This document shows positions 47,917-57,864 of a stretch of 64,000 bases of DNA, piece by piece. A program made the position numbers and the translations under genes. The stretch comes from an uncultured candidate division Zixibacteria bacterium (GTDB lineage Bacteria > Zixibacteria > MSB-5A5 > UBA10806 > 4484-95): NCBI GenBank assembly GCA_963668625.2, contig CAXXKA010000001.1, positions 384,001-448,000 of the forward strand. Reading direction: 5' to 3'. The number at the start of each line of letters is the position of its first letter. The first letter of the stretch is position 1. Under the pieces are notes generated by a model that ran no database searches, was not told the origin of the DNA, and worked only from the letters and a program-made list of their open reading frames with translations.

Positions 47917-48708
47917 GTGATGGAATACTTACTTGGCGCTTTTGTTTTCATAATGGGATTAAGCATAGGATCGTTCGCGAATGTCTGCATTTATCGAATC
48001 CCTAACGATATGTCTATAGTTAAACCATCCTCCAGATGCCCTAAGTGCAAAACCCCGATAAAGCCCTGGCAAAATATTCCATTATTAAGTTATGTATTTC
48101 TCGGTGGCAAATGCGCCGAATGCGGCGAACGGATAAGTATTCGTTACCCGATAATCGAACTGGTTTGCGGCCTGTTGTTTCTGGGGGCTTTCTATAAACT
48201 GTTTTATCTCGAGGGCAATCTGTATCAGTTTCTGATTGCCTGCTATTTATCTGCGGCGTTTTTAATCATCTTCATGATCGATTTCGATTTCCAGATAATC
48301 CCCGATTCGATATCGTTATCCGGTATCGTCATTGGACTGGCAGTTAGTTTTATTCCGCAAACCTCGCTTACCTGGCTGCAATCGTTGATAGGTTTGCTGG
48401 TGGGCGGCGGAGGATTTCTGCTTATTGCCGAGATCGGTGACCGCGTTTTCAAAAAGGAAAGCATGGGCGGCGGCGATATAAAACTGGCGGCCATGATCGG
48501 CGCATTCGTGGGCTGGAAAGGTGTTTTGCTCACTCTCGGAATCGGTTCATTATTAGGCGCGATAATCGGAGGGGGCGCGCTGATGCTGGCCAAGGATAAG
48601 GAATCCGCCAGAACCGTGCCGTTCGGGCCTTTCCTGGTGATTGGCGCGTTAATAGCATTCTATTGGGCGGATGACCTGATACGAGCGTATTTGAACCTCG
48701 TTCTCTAA
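47917..48708 (+). CDS. pilD: prepilin peptidase / N-methyltransferase
   Basis: GSFANVCIYRIP, CPKC...NIP..S...LGGKC.EC...IS.RYP, MGGGDIKL, PFGPFL. Confidence 0.95.
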   Translation: MMEYLLGAFVFIMGLSIGSFANVCIYRIPNDMSIVKPSSRCPKCKTPIKPWQNIPLLSYVFLGGKCAECGERISIRYPIIELVCGLLFLGAFYKLFYLEGNLYQFLIACYLSAAFLIIFMIDFDFQIIPDSISLSGIVIGLAVSFIPQTSLTWLQSLIGLLVGGGGFLLIAEIGDRVFKKESMGGGDIKLAAMIGAFVGWKGVLLTLGIGSLLGAIIGGGALMLAKDKESARTVPFGPFLVIGALIAFYWADDLIRAYLNLVL

Positions 48709-48811
48709 TCGTTTTTAAATTCTTTCAACGATAATTTTCGACTGCTATCGAGTGGAACCGGAGGCAACGGGGCAAACCGTTTGTTAATAGTACAAGCTCT
48801 CTAATTTAATT

Positions 48812-48838
48812 TCAATACCAGTCGGTAACAGCCGATAT
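48812..48838 (+). promoter_or_regulatory. sigma-28-like promoter
   Basis: TCAA-N15-GCCGATAT, 7 nt before GTG 48846. Confidence 0.5.
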
Positions 48839-48845
48839 ATATCAT

Positions 48846-50654
48846 GTGAGCATTAACGATAGAAAAAGGTTATTTACCGATAGCTATACGACCGAGATTA
48901 CTATTACTCTGGTTTTACTGATAGGCTTTCTACTTTCGCTGAATTTCTTGACAGCCTATTCGTTGGGTAAAGCCCGTCAGGCTCAACATGATGAACACGT
49001 ACTTAATCTCGAACTGGTAAAAGAAAATATCAGAGGCGATATAGTATCCGCCGGAATGAAAAAGCCCGATATCACGTATCTTCAAAACACCGCTCGCCGT
49101 TCGCTTATCGATAAAATCGAACTGGTTGACAGTCTCGGCAATCGTATTATGATGGTCGGGAGTCTTCTGCCCGATGAAATAGATAAAGCGATAACGGTAA
49201 CCTCGACCATTCGTAATGAATCGGGGGAGGTGGCGTATTACCTGTTCGTATCCTCATTGAACCGTGAAGGCGCGAAACTTCAACGACTGGCGTTATTCGA
49301 TTCGATATTCAGAATAGCCGGTCTTATCGCCGGACTTATTTTAGCGTTTTTCCTGGTGAAAACTATCATGAATCCCTACAAAAAAATCAAGAAAGAGGCC
49401 GAGGAATTAGGCTTGCCCGATCTGGATATAGAGAATACCGATGATATCGAATATGTCGTGCGTAAATTCCATCAGATTATAAGAGAGCTGAAAGATAAAG
49501 AAGCTCTTTTAAAATCGATGTACGATAGCTCGGAAAAACGCGCCGATTCGCTGGCGAGGTATAACGAATATATTCTCGGCGGCATCTCCTCGGGTGTTAT
49601 AATCTGCGATAATGATGGTATTATCACGGGATTTAATCCGGCCGCCGGTAACATTCTCGATATCGATCATGTATACAGCCAGGGGAAGAACTACGCGGAA
49701 ATATTCGGCAAGAATCATCATATTACGAATATATTCGATGACGTTCTAAATAACAGCCATGTCGTCTCACGTTCGGAGTTCGAGATAACGATAGATGAGA
49801 ACGAGAAACGTTGGATAGGTTTATCATCTTCGCTAATAATCGATAATCAACAGGTCAATATCGGCGCGGCCGTGCTGCTTACTGACTTGACGAAGATCAA
49901 GAAGCTTCAGGACATATCCGATTTTACCGAGAAGATGGCGGCTTTGGGTGAGATGGCCGCCGGTTTGGCTCATGAGTTCCGCAACTCGGTAGCCGCTATT
50001 ATGGGATTCGGCAAACTCATTCGTAAAATGTTACCGGATGATCATAAAGCCAATAGTATCGCTGAGATGATAATCACGGAATCGCAAACCACCGAGGAGA
50101 TGCTCAGGAGATTTTTGACATTCGCCCGGCCCCTGAAAGTGATCCCCGAACCGGTAATCCTCAGGAGAGTCATCGATGATTCGGTTCAGCTTGCTAAAGA
50201 GAGCAATCAGGATAAAATAATTCACCTCATTCTGGATGATAACGTTGATGGGGTGGAGGTAAGCGCCGATCCTACGATACTGAAAAACGCTTTCAGCAAT
50301 CTGTTGATCAACGCCTATCAAGCCATGGATGAGAACGGTACGCTCAGTATTGTTCTCGGCCTGGATGATGCCGGTGAACAGGCGGTGATCAGGATATCCG
50401 ACACCGGCGGCGGCATCCCGCCTGATATCATCCCTAAAATATTCAACCCGTTTTTCACTACCAAGGATAAAGGTACCGGCCTCGGCCTGGCCCTGGTTAA
50501 AAAAATCATAACCGGCCATTACGGCACGATCGAGGTCGAAAGTTTCGAGGGGAAAGGCACGACATTTATCGTAACCCTTCCCTTGAAAGGTAAAAATTAC
50601 CTCGAATCCACGAACAGCAGTGATGAAGTCGAAAAAGCGAGCGTAATCGGCTAG
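48846..50654 (+). CDS. membrane PAS sensor histidine kinase
   Basis: Two TM segments, PAS (FNPAA), AHEFRN, NLLINA, DTGGG, PFFTTK..GTGLGL. Confidence 0.9.
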   Translation: MSINDRKRLFTDSYTTEITITLVLLIGFLLSLNFLTAYSLGKARQAQHDEHVLNLELVKENIRGDIVSAGMKKPDITYLQNTARRSLIDKIELVDSLGNRIMMVGSLLPDEIDKAITVTSTIRNESGEVAYYLFVSSLNREGAKLQRLALFDSIFRIAGLIAGLILAFFLVKTIMNPYKKIKKEAEELGLPDLDIENTDDIEYVVRKFHQIIRELKDKEALLKSMYDSSEKRADSLARYNEYILGGISSGVIICDNDGIITGFNPAAGNILDIDHVYSQGKNYAEIFGKNHHITNIFDDVLNNSHVVSRSEFEITIDENEKRWIGLSSSLIIDNQQVNIGAAVLLTDLTKIKKLQDISDFTEKMAALGEMAAGLAHEFRNSVAAIMGFGKLIRKMLPDDHKANSIAEMIITESQTTEEMLRRFLTFARPLKVIPEPVILRRVIDDSVQLAKESNQDKIIHLILDDNVDGVEVSADPTILKNAFSNLLINAYQAMDENGTLSIVLGLDDAGEQAVIRISDTGGGIPPDIIPKIFNPFFTTKDKGTGLGLALVKKIITGHYGTIEVESFEGKGTTFIVTLPLKGKNYLESTNSSDEVEKASVIG

Positions 50655-50658
50655 CCGG

Positions 50659-52005
50659 TTAATTGCCGGCCACGATCATCTCCGATATCTTGAAAGTCGG
50701 TGACGATACCGGCCCCATGAACTGAAGGTCATTTCCGATCAAAACTATATTTTTCATCATCTCCAGAATATTGGAGGCGATAGTGATACCCTCGACAGGT
50801 CGTGTTAGTTTACCGTTTTCGATCCACAACCCGGAAGCTCCCTGCGAGTAGTCGCCGGTGGCCATATCGGCGCCGAAACCCATGATGCTGGTGACGTACA
50901 GGCCGTTTTCCACAGAGCCGATAATCTCCTCGGGCGAACTTTCGCCTTTTTCGAGATAGAAATTGAAACCGCCGATTTCCGGCGTGGAGGAGTATCCGCG
51001 CTGAGCGTTACCGGTCGATTTCGTACCGGCTTTTCTGGCGGTGTAGGTATCGTACATATAGCTTACGAGTTTACCGTTTTCTATGATTGCCTTGTTCTGC
51101 GCCGGCATACCCTCGCCATCGAACGGGGAGGAGGCCACCGCTTTCGGTACAAGAGCGTCGTCACGGATGGTTACCGTATCGGAACCGATCTGCTGATTTA
51201 GCTTATCTACCAGGAAGGTGGATTTCTTGTAAACAGCATCACCGTTGACCGCCATTAATATATTCCCCAGTAACGACGCCCCGGTTAACTGATCGAATAT
51301 GATCGGGACGCGCGAGGTTTTGACCGTTTCGGCGTTTAACATCCTGATTACTCTCTCGGCCGCTTTCAAAGCGACATTCTCAGCCGGTTCCAGATCATTA
51401 AAGTGACGGCTCATTGAATACCAGTAATCGGTTTGAAGTTTGCCATCCTGATCGGCAACCGGCATGGCGATCAAGTAGCAATAAGAACTTTTAACCTGTT
51501 TGAAAAGGCCATATGAATTCGCGATATAAATTTCGGAGTTGCCGTCATAAAAAGATGCTCCCTCGGAGTTGGTTATGCGCTTGTCATAATCGAACATTCG
51601 CTTTTCCATCGCCTGGCAGGTTTCGATTTTCATCTTCTGCTCGAGCTTCTCTATCTCAGGATCGTATAATTGCAGATCCTGATCGTTACCGGAATCGCCT
51701 GCCGAGGGTAATCCGTTGTATTCATCACTGGTAGTATATGAGGCCAGCTCGACCGCTTTGGCGGCAAGTTTATTCAGGTTTTCCTCGTTGAAATCCGAGG
51801 AGAATACGAATCCGAGTCGTTTATTTTTAAAGATTCTAATCCCCAGGCCGCTAGAGATCGACTCTTTGAGCGTTTCGATTTCCCCCATGCGGGTGCTCAC
51901 CTGCGATTCGCGTTCGATTTCTAAAAAAACCTCGGCCTCATCGGCGCCTTTACTTTTAGCGGCTGCGATAATATTTTCTATCAATGCCTTATAATCTGCC
52001 ATCAT
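50659..52005 (-). CDS. pmbA: TldE/PmbA family protein
   Basis: FDGEG, TGNA.R, GDYSQGA.G.WIENG....PV..ITIA.N; lacks HExxxH. Confidence 0.9.
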   Translation of the reverse strand: MMADYKALIENIIAAAKSKGADEAEVFLEIERESQVSTRMGEIETLKESISSGLGIRIFKNKRLGFVFSSDFNEENLNKLAAKAVELASYTTSDEYNGLPSAGDSGNDQDLQLYDPEIEKLEQKMKIETCQAMEKRMFDYDKRITNSEGASFYDGNSEIYIANSYGLFKQVKSSYCYLIAMPVADQDGKLQTDYWYSMSRHFNDLEPAENVALKAAERVIRMLNAETVKTSRVPIIFDQLTGASLLGNILMAVNGDAVYKKSTFLVDKLNQQIGSDTVTIRDDALVPKAVASSPFDGEGMPAQNKAIIENGKLVSYMYDTYTARKAGTKSTGNAQRGYSSTPEIGGFNFYLEKGESSPEEIIGSVENGLYVTSIMGFGADMATGDYSQGASGLWIENGKLTRPVEGITIASNILEMMKNIVLIGNDLQFMGPVSSPTFKISEMIVAGN

Positions 52006-53495
52006 TATACCTTTCCCTCAACCATACTCATTCCGGGTATTTCAGTGCCGCCTACTGTTATCGATGAAATCTTGCAGGTGGGAGTGCCTACGCCGACCGG
52101 TACCGATTGCCCGTTCTTGCCGCAGGTGCCAACTCCTGAATCGATAGCGAAATCGTTACCTAACATCACGACTTTCTCCAGCACTTTCGGGCCTATCCCG
52201 ATAAGCGATGCGCCTTTAACCGGCGCGGTTATCCGGCCATCCTCGATCAGATAACCCTCGGTAACCTCGAACATGAATTGGCCGTTGGATATATCGACCT
52301 GCCCGCCGCCGAACGATTTGGCATACAGGCCTTTTTTCACCGATTTGATTATATCCTCGGGTGAGGCTTCTCCCGGGGTCATGAAAGTATTGGTCATTCG
52401 GGGCATCGGGTAATGTTTGTACGATTGCCGCCTTCCCGAGCCGGTGGACTGCGTGTCCATTAAGCGGGCATTTAATTTATCGAAAAGATAACCTTTCAGA
52501 ATTCCATTTTCTATGAGAACATTGCGCCGCGAACGCTCGCCCTCATCATCGATGACAATAGTGCCGCGTTTCGTGGGAATTTCGCCATCATCCACCACCG
52601 TGACAAGTTCCGAGGCTACTTTTTGGCCGATTCTACCTGAATATAGCGAGGTCTTTTTACGGTTGAAATCCGCCTCCAGTCCGTGCCCAATTGCCTCATG
52701 GAGGAGTATCCCGGCCCAGCCATTGCCTAAAACCACTTCCATCTGTCCCGCAGGCGCCTCCTTGGCTTTAAGCCTCACCAGGGCCGTCCTGACAGCCTCC
52801 TTCGCGGTTTCCTCGGGGGTGAACGAGTCAAAAAACGAGAAACCTACCCGACCGCCGCCGCCGTGATACCCGGTCTGCCGTTGGTTGCCATCCTCGACAA
52901 TAGCGCTGACATTTATACGGCATAAAGATTCATGATTGTCCATGAAAGCGCCCTCGGAATTGGCAATACGGATATATTTAAGAGAATCGGAAAGGGAGGT
53001 TAACACCTGGATAACCCTTTTATCGGCCTGATAGCCGGTGTTGTTGGCCCTCCAGAGTAAGTCTATTTTCGATTTCAAATCGGCCCGGGTGGGACTGTTT
53101 TCTATTATACCGGGTTGGCCGACATTTTCCGTTTTCACGCCCACCGGTTCGATATTTTCGTTGCTACCGGAACTGGCGATTGCCGAGGCTGTTTCTGCCG
53201 CCCGCTTCAAGTTTTCGAACTCGAAAGAGTCGGAGTAAGCGTAGCCGGTTTTCTCTCCCGAAATTACTCGTATCCCGACTCCTTGCACGATGCCTGCTTG
53301 AGCTTGTTTGAGCTTTTTCTCCTCCAGGTTTATCGCGTTGGTGATGCTATATTGAGCATATATATCCGCGAAATCGCCGCCATGCGCCAGCGCAATATCT
53401 ATCAGTTTATTAACAACTCGTGAATCGAGATGAGAGTTAAAAATATCAGCGGCAGAATCGCTTATAATATAACTATCATTCTGGTTTTGCTTCAT
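52005..53495 (-). CDS. tldD: TldD metalloprotease
   Basis: HEAIGHGLEADFNRK, PRMTNT, CGKNGQSVPVG. Confidence 0.95.
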   Translation of the reverse strand: MKQNQNDSYIISDSAADIFNSHLDSRVVNKLIDIALAHGGDFADIYAQYSITNAINLEEKKLKQAQAGIVQGVGIRVISGEKTGYAYSDSFEFENLKRAAETASAIASSGSNENIEPVGVKTENVGQPGIIENSPTRADLKSKIDLLWRANNTGYQADKRVIQVLTSLSDSLKYIRIANSEGAFMDNHESLCRINVSAIVEDGNQRQTGYHGGGGRVGFSFFDSFTPEETAKEAVRTALVRLKAKEAPAGQMEVVLGNGWAGILLHEAIGHGLEADFNRKKTSLYSGRIGQKVASELVTVVDDGEIPTKRGTIVIDDEGERSRRNVLIENGILKGYLFDKLNARLMDTQSTGSGRRQSYKHYPMPRMTNTFMTPGEASPEDIIKSVKKGLYAKSFGGGQVDISNGQFMFEVTEGYLIEDGRITAPVKGASLIGIGPKVLEKVVMLGNDFAIDSGVGTCGKNGQSVPVGVGTPTCKISSITVGGTEIPGMSMVEGKV

Positions 53496-53692
53496 TATTC
53501 ACCGTCTTCATTTAATTTTAACATCCTAAAGTTAATTGTACGTCATTTGTTTAATATATAAACGAATTTTTGTAAATATCGTTTTAAATTTATAAATTTT
53601 TATTTTAGGATCAGCTAATTTTGTAAAGTAGTAATAATCCGATACCGAAGTATATATAGTGATTGAAATTAATCTCTAAAATTCAGGGACAA

Positions 53693-55006
53693 ATGAATAA
53701 AGAATACGTTTTTACGGAACTTGACAAAGTCAAGGATTTGAATACTCCGCCTACAATTCTCAGAGAGATACTCGAGATACTCAACGATCAGGAGGTTTCT
53801 AATAAAGATTTAACTAACCTGATCCTTAAAGATCCTTCCTTGACAGTCAGATTAATTAAAACTGCTAACTCACCTTATTACGGTGTATCCCGTGAGATAA
53901 CCTCGGTAAATCAGGCCGTAATGGTAATCGGGTTGAAAGCAGTGAAATACTATATTTTATCTATTACAGTATTCAATCAAATCAGTTCGAAAAATAAAAC
54001 GAAAGTTCTAAATCAGCAGCAGCTATGGCTTCACTTTCTCGAGGTAGCGGTTTCGGCCCGAAAGATTGCCGAGCATGTTCAGTACGAACAGCCCGAGGAG
54101 GCGTATGTAGCCGGTTTGCTTCACGATATAGGAATCGTGATTCTGGAGAATTGTTTCCCCGAGGCATATCAAAACGTAGTCAGACTGGTTGCTACCGGTA
54201 AAGACCTTATCGAAGCGGAGACCGAAGTTTTCGGAATCGATCATCAGGATGTTGCCGATTATGTCACTCAGAAATGGAATATGCCAAATAGGCTTCGCGA
54301 ACCATTGAGCTCTCATCATTTTAACGATGAAGAGGAGATTAAGGAGCTATCGATTTTGTGCAAAATCATCGGCCTGGCCGATTCGATAGCCCAGGTTCCC
54401 CTCGATGAGCTCAATTCTATCTACAATTCCGAAAAACGCCTGATCACCCTGAATATTCTTTCCGACAACCTGAACATCGAATCCAAATCCTTGATAGATA
54501 TCCACATGAGACTCGCAGGTGAGGTAGTCAATTCAGCCTCGATCATGGATCTCGATATGGGTGACGCTATCGAGATACTTACCCAGAGCAATACCAAACT
54601 TTTCAATATCTATCTCGAGTTAGCTTCGCTATTCAAACAGAGACAGGAACTTTCACGGAAAATTATCGTGGAGCAACGTACCGAGGGTTTGCTGGAGTCG
54701 CTTCGAATTTCACTGGCTACGCTTTCTCATTATTTGAACAACGCGGTCATGAATATACAGGGCAAATGTGAGTTGATGAATATGTTCTACGAGAAGCAGG
54801 ATTTGAAAATGCTTCTGGGCCAGATGCCCAACCATCTGGAATCGATGCTGAAATCGGCCAAGAAAATCACGCTCATGCTAGAGGAGTTATCGGAGATATC
54901 CTCCCTGGATAATCTTCAATTTTTCAGCCACTCCAAGGGTATCGATATAGAAAAGAGTTTGAAAGAGAAACTCGCCCAGCAGTTCGAGACCGTGGAAAAA
55001 AGCTAA
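53693..55006 (+). CDS. HDOD domain protein with a C-terminal HisKA-like helical region
   Basis: DPSLT..LIK.ANS.YYG, AGLLHDIG, DH...W.MP; C-terminal ATLSHYLNN. Confidence 0.85.
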   Translation: MNKEYVFTELDKVKDLNTPPTILREILEILNDQEVSNKDLTNLILKDPSLTVRLIKTANSPYYGVSREITSVNQAVMVIGLKAVKYYILSITVFNQISSKNKTKVLNQQQLWLHFLEVAVSARKIAEHVQYEQPEEAYVAGLLHDIGIVILENCFPEAYQNVVRLVATGKDLIEAETEVFGIDHQDVADYVTQKWNMPNRLREPLSSHHFNDEEEIKELSILCKIIGLADSIAQVPLDELNSIYNSEKRLITLNILSDNLNIESKSLIDIHMRLAGEVVNSASIMDLDMGDAIEILTQSNTKLFNIYLELASLFKQRQELSRKIIVEQRTEGLLESLRISLATLSHYLNNAVMNIQGKCELMNMFYEKQDLKMLLGQMPNHLESMLKSAKKITLMLEELSEISSLDNLQFFSHSKGIDIEKSLKEKLAQQFETVEKS

Positions 55007-55071
55007 AAAAATCGTTACGAAGCGAACCTCGTAACGATTCTATATCAAGCGGCGGAAATGCCGTTTTTTTT
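55005..55071. terminator. paired terminators between convergent genes
   Basis: AATCGTTACGA/TCGTAACGATT hairpin preceded by an A run, then GCGGC/GCCGT hairpin plus T run. Confidence 0.6.
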
Positions 55072-55089
55072 ATTGGCGGTTCTAATAAC

Positions 55090-55866
55090 CTAATTTGCGG
55101 CTGACTTACTTTCCACTGTAACCGATATCGGTATAGAGAAACGCGAATGGCTTTTATTGCTATCCTCGAGTGTTATCGAGGATAAATACTCGCCCGGCTC
55201 GATATCTTTTGATAAAGTGAAAAGCAGGTTTGTTTTTTCGCCGGCCGCCAGTTCATTTTTCTCGAGTTTGGCTTTAATGAACGATCCAGACGGTAAATCG
55301 ACTATATCAAGTTTCGAGGCCGTAGCGTCTTTGTTGGTGATGGAGATTTTGAATGTCTCAACGCTACCCTCGGGGATAGCTTTGAAATCGGCCGCGAACG
55401 GGATATAATCGAACATCAATTGAGGATCATTTATTACTGATTTAAACCTGATATCCATATAAGGATTGAGCTTGTCGTTTGTCTCCAGTTTGATAGACTT
55501 GGTCACCTTACCGTTGAATTTACCCGAGTTAAAAATAATATCTATCGAGGCTCTTTCGCCGGGGGGGGCTACGATGCCGCCTTTTTTTGTCGAGGTGCAA
55601 CCGCAAGTCGGTTTGATTTTGGTGATAATTAGCGTATCGCTGCCGGTATTGTTGAACCAGTACGAATGCGCGACACTGGCGCCTTTGTTAAGCGCTCCGA
55701 AATTGAATGTAGTATGATCGAATTCGATTCGAGCGTTTTCGGAAAGAGGCACCTCTCGAAATTCGTATTCCTCATCATCCGGATTGATTTCTACCTGGGC
55801 GATACCCGTATTAACGAACAGGAACCCTAATAACGATGCGATGAAAAGCCATTTGCAGTATTTCAT
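55090..55866 (-). CDS. secreted DUF1573 domain protein
   Basis: Signal peptide; FNFG...F.NTG...L.I....PTCGCT...I.L.TND. Confidence 0.85.
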   Translation of the reverse strand: MKYCKWLFIASLLGFLFVNTGIAQVEINPDDEEYEFREVPLSENARIEFDHTTFNFGALNKGASVAHSYWFNNTGSDTLIITKIKPTCGCTSTKKGGIVAPPGERASIDIIFNSGKFNGKVTKSIKLETNDKLNPYMDIRFKSVINDPQLMFDYIPFAADFKAIPEGSVETFKISITNKDATASKLDIVDLPSGSFIKAKLEKNELAAGEKTNLLFTLSKDIEPGEYLSSITLEDSNKSHSRFSIPISVTVESKSAAN

Positions 55867-55934
55867 AAGATGATCTCCTTTTTATTAAAATAGATGGATC
55901 AATATAAAAGTCAAGACCATTTTCGTAGTGGAAT

Positions 55935-56921
55935 TTACAGGTAGCCTTTTGCCTGCATCCAGCTATCGTTATACATCTTGGAAAGATAGCGATTGCCGGA
56001 GTCGGCGAATATGACGACTACATTGCCGGTCAGGTTATGTTTATTTATAGCATCGACTGCGCCGGCGTATACCGCGCCGCTGGAGCCGCCGCAGAAAATC
56101 CCCTCGGTTTTCGCGATCGACCGGGCGGTTAAAAACGCCTGTCTGTCCGGCACGATAATCATATCATCGATGACGGAGAAATCCAATGCCTTAACGAGCT
56201 TATCACTGCCGATTCCCTCGACCTCGTAATGCTCGGCCTTTTTTACCTCACCGGTATTGAAATAATGAGTCAGTATCGATCCCTCGGAGTCAATCGCTAT
56301 GATCTTGATCGATGGATTACGTTCTTTCAGATAGCGTCCGATGCCGGAAACCGTGCCGCCCGTACCGGCGCCGATCACGACCGCCTCGAGATCGCCGTCA
56401 AGTTGCTCCCAGATCTCCGGGCCGCTCGAATTGTAATGGCAATCGATATTTGCGGGATTGTCGTACTGATTCAAATATATGCTGTCGGGGATCTCCTCCG
56501 ATAGTTTCTGAGCCACCGAGTAATTCGAGCGGGGATCATCCGCCTGGACCGTGTGAGGGGTAAGCACGAGTTCGGCTCCATGAAGCCTCATCATGTTTTG
56601 TTTCTCCTCGGAATTTTTATCGCTCATTACGAGCACGGCGCGATAGCCTTTGATCGCGCATATCATAGCCACCGCCACTCCGGTATTGCCGGAGGTCACC
56701 TCGATAACCGTTCCACCCGGTCTAAGTCGTCCCGAACGTTCGGCATCCTCGATAAGTCCAAGCGCCAGGCGGTCTTTTATCGAACCGGAGGGATTATACA
56801 TCTCCAGCTTGGCGAATATGTTGGCCGGGATATCCCGAGCCAGTTTCTTGATCTGAGTTAAAGGCGTTTTACCGATTAATCTTAGGATATCGGTACCTGT
56901 AGTTACTCTGGTTGTTTGCAT
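55935..56921 (-). CDS. PLP-dependent cysteine synthase / cystathionine beta-synthase family enzyme
   Basis: NPSGSIKDR, TSGNTG, GTGGT, YEVEGIG, DSG.RYLSK. Confidence 0.9.
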   Translation of the reverse strand: MQTTRVTTGTDILRLIGKTPLTQIKKLARDIPANIFAKLEMYNPSGSIKDRLALGLIEDAERSGRLRPGGTVIEVTSGNTGVAVAMICAIKGYRAVLVMSDKNSEEKQNMMRLHGAELVLTPHTVQADDPRSNYSVAQKLSEEIPDSIYLNQYDNPANIDCHYNSSGPEIWEQLDGDLEAVVIGAGTGGTVSGIGRYLKERNPSIKIIAIDSEGSILTHYFNTGEVKKAEHYEVEGIGSDKLVKALDFSVIDDMIIVPDRQAFLTARSIAKTEGIFCGGSSGAVYAGAVDAINKHNLTGNVVVIFADSGNRYLSKMYNDSWMQAKGYL

Positions 56922-56946
56922 TATTTTTTATTACTTCGTTTCTTGC

Positions 56947-57648
56947 TTAAAGTTCCATTCGTTGTTTAATTCGAGCGCGAGATCGATAGATTTTCCCGGA
57001 CAGATATATAAATGGCGTATCCAAAACCGCGATTGCCCATTTAAAAAGGTAAGTAGTGATGGCAATCTCGATGAAGACATCCAGAGGAAACACTCCCCAG
57101 AACGCTATCGAGCAGAAGATCGCCGTATCGATTAGCTGCGAGATCATGGTCGTGGCGTTGTTTCTCAGCCAGAGGTATCTGCCTTTTGTCTTATTTTTTA
57201 TCAGGTTGTATAACCAAACATCGTGAAGTTGGCTCACGGCATAAGCTATTATGCTGGCTATCGCGACCCGGGGCAGGAAGCTGAAAATCTGCTGAAGCGC
57301 GGGGTGGATGAAATCATCCCCGGCCGGTTGAAACAACAACGCCAATTGCATGATGACCGTGGTAAATATCAGGGCATAGAAACCTATCCAGACACCTCTT
57401 TGAGCTTCCTTTTTTCCATAAACCTCGTTGAGTATATCGGTCGCCAGGAATATAGAACCATAGAGGGCGTTGCCCAGGGTGGCGGTCAGGCCGAACATCT
57501 CCACGATTTTCAATACCTGTATATTGCATAATATGATAGAGATGACGATGACGGCATACAGTCCGACTCGCCCGAACAGGCGATAGGCTATTAACAGCGA
57601 TCCGAAATCGATTAATGTCAGGATCAGCCAGAGCAATTCATTCGGCAT
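56947..57648 (-). CDS. queuosine precursor transporter (YhhQ/Vut_1 family)
   Basis: TDILNEVYG, SQLHDV, LWLRNN..T..SQLIDT, DTPF.Y; start moved to ATG 57648 after AAGGA. Confidence 0.88.
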   Translation of the reverse strand: MPNELLWLILTLIDFGSLLIAYRLFGRVGLYAVIVISIILCNIQVLKIVEMFGLTATLGNALYGSIFLATDILNEVYGKKEAQRGVWIGFYALIFTTVIMQLALLFQPAGDDFIHPALQQIFSFLPRVAIASIIAYAVSQLHDVWLYNLIKNKTKGRYLWLRNNATTMISQLIDTAIFCSIAFWGVFPLDVFIEIAITTYLFKWAIAVLDTPFIYLSGKIYRSRARIKQRMEL

Positions 57649-57864
57649 ACTAATTTCCTTCCTGCCCTTGAAATAGTTGGAAATTATTCGACAGTCAACC
57701 AATTATTTCAGAATACATTAAATTAGTTAAAACTGGCATTTTTCCCAAACTTCAGCCACAACAGGTTGGTTGATATCTATGGTCAATATGATCTCTTTAT
57801 AAAAAACGCTTGCAATAGTACAGGCATACGCTATAATTACTATTTTTAAGCGTGGAGGTGGAGA

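Noticed and set aside
48760-48800. c-di-GMP-I riboswitch (GGCAAACC)
   Set aside because: Only a short hairpin; the downstream GACGCAAAG element and second stem are missing
57650-57860. preQ1 riboswitch upstream of the queuosine precursor transporter
   Set aside because: No GGTTC-loop stem plus A-rich tail found on the minus strand
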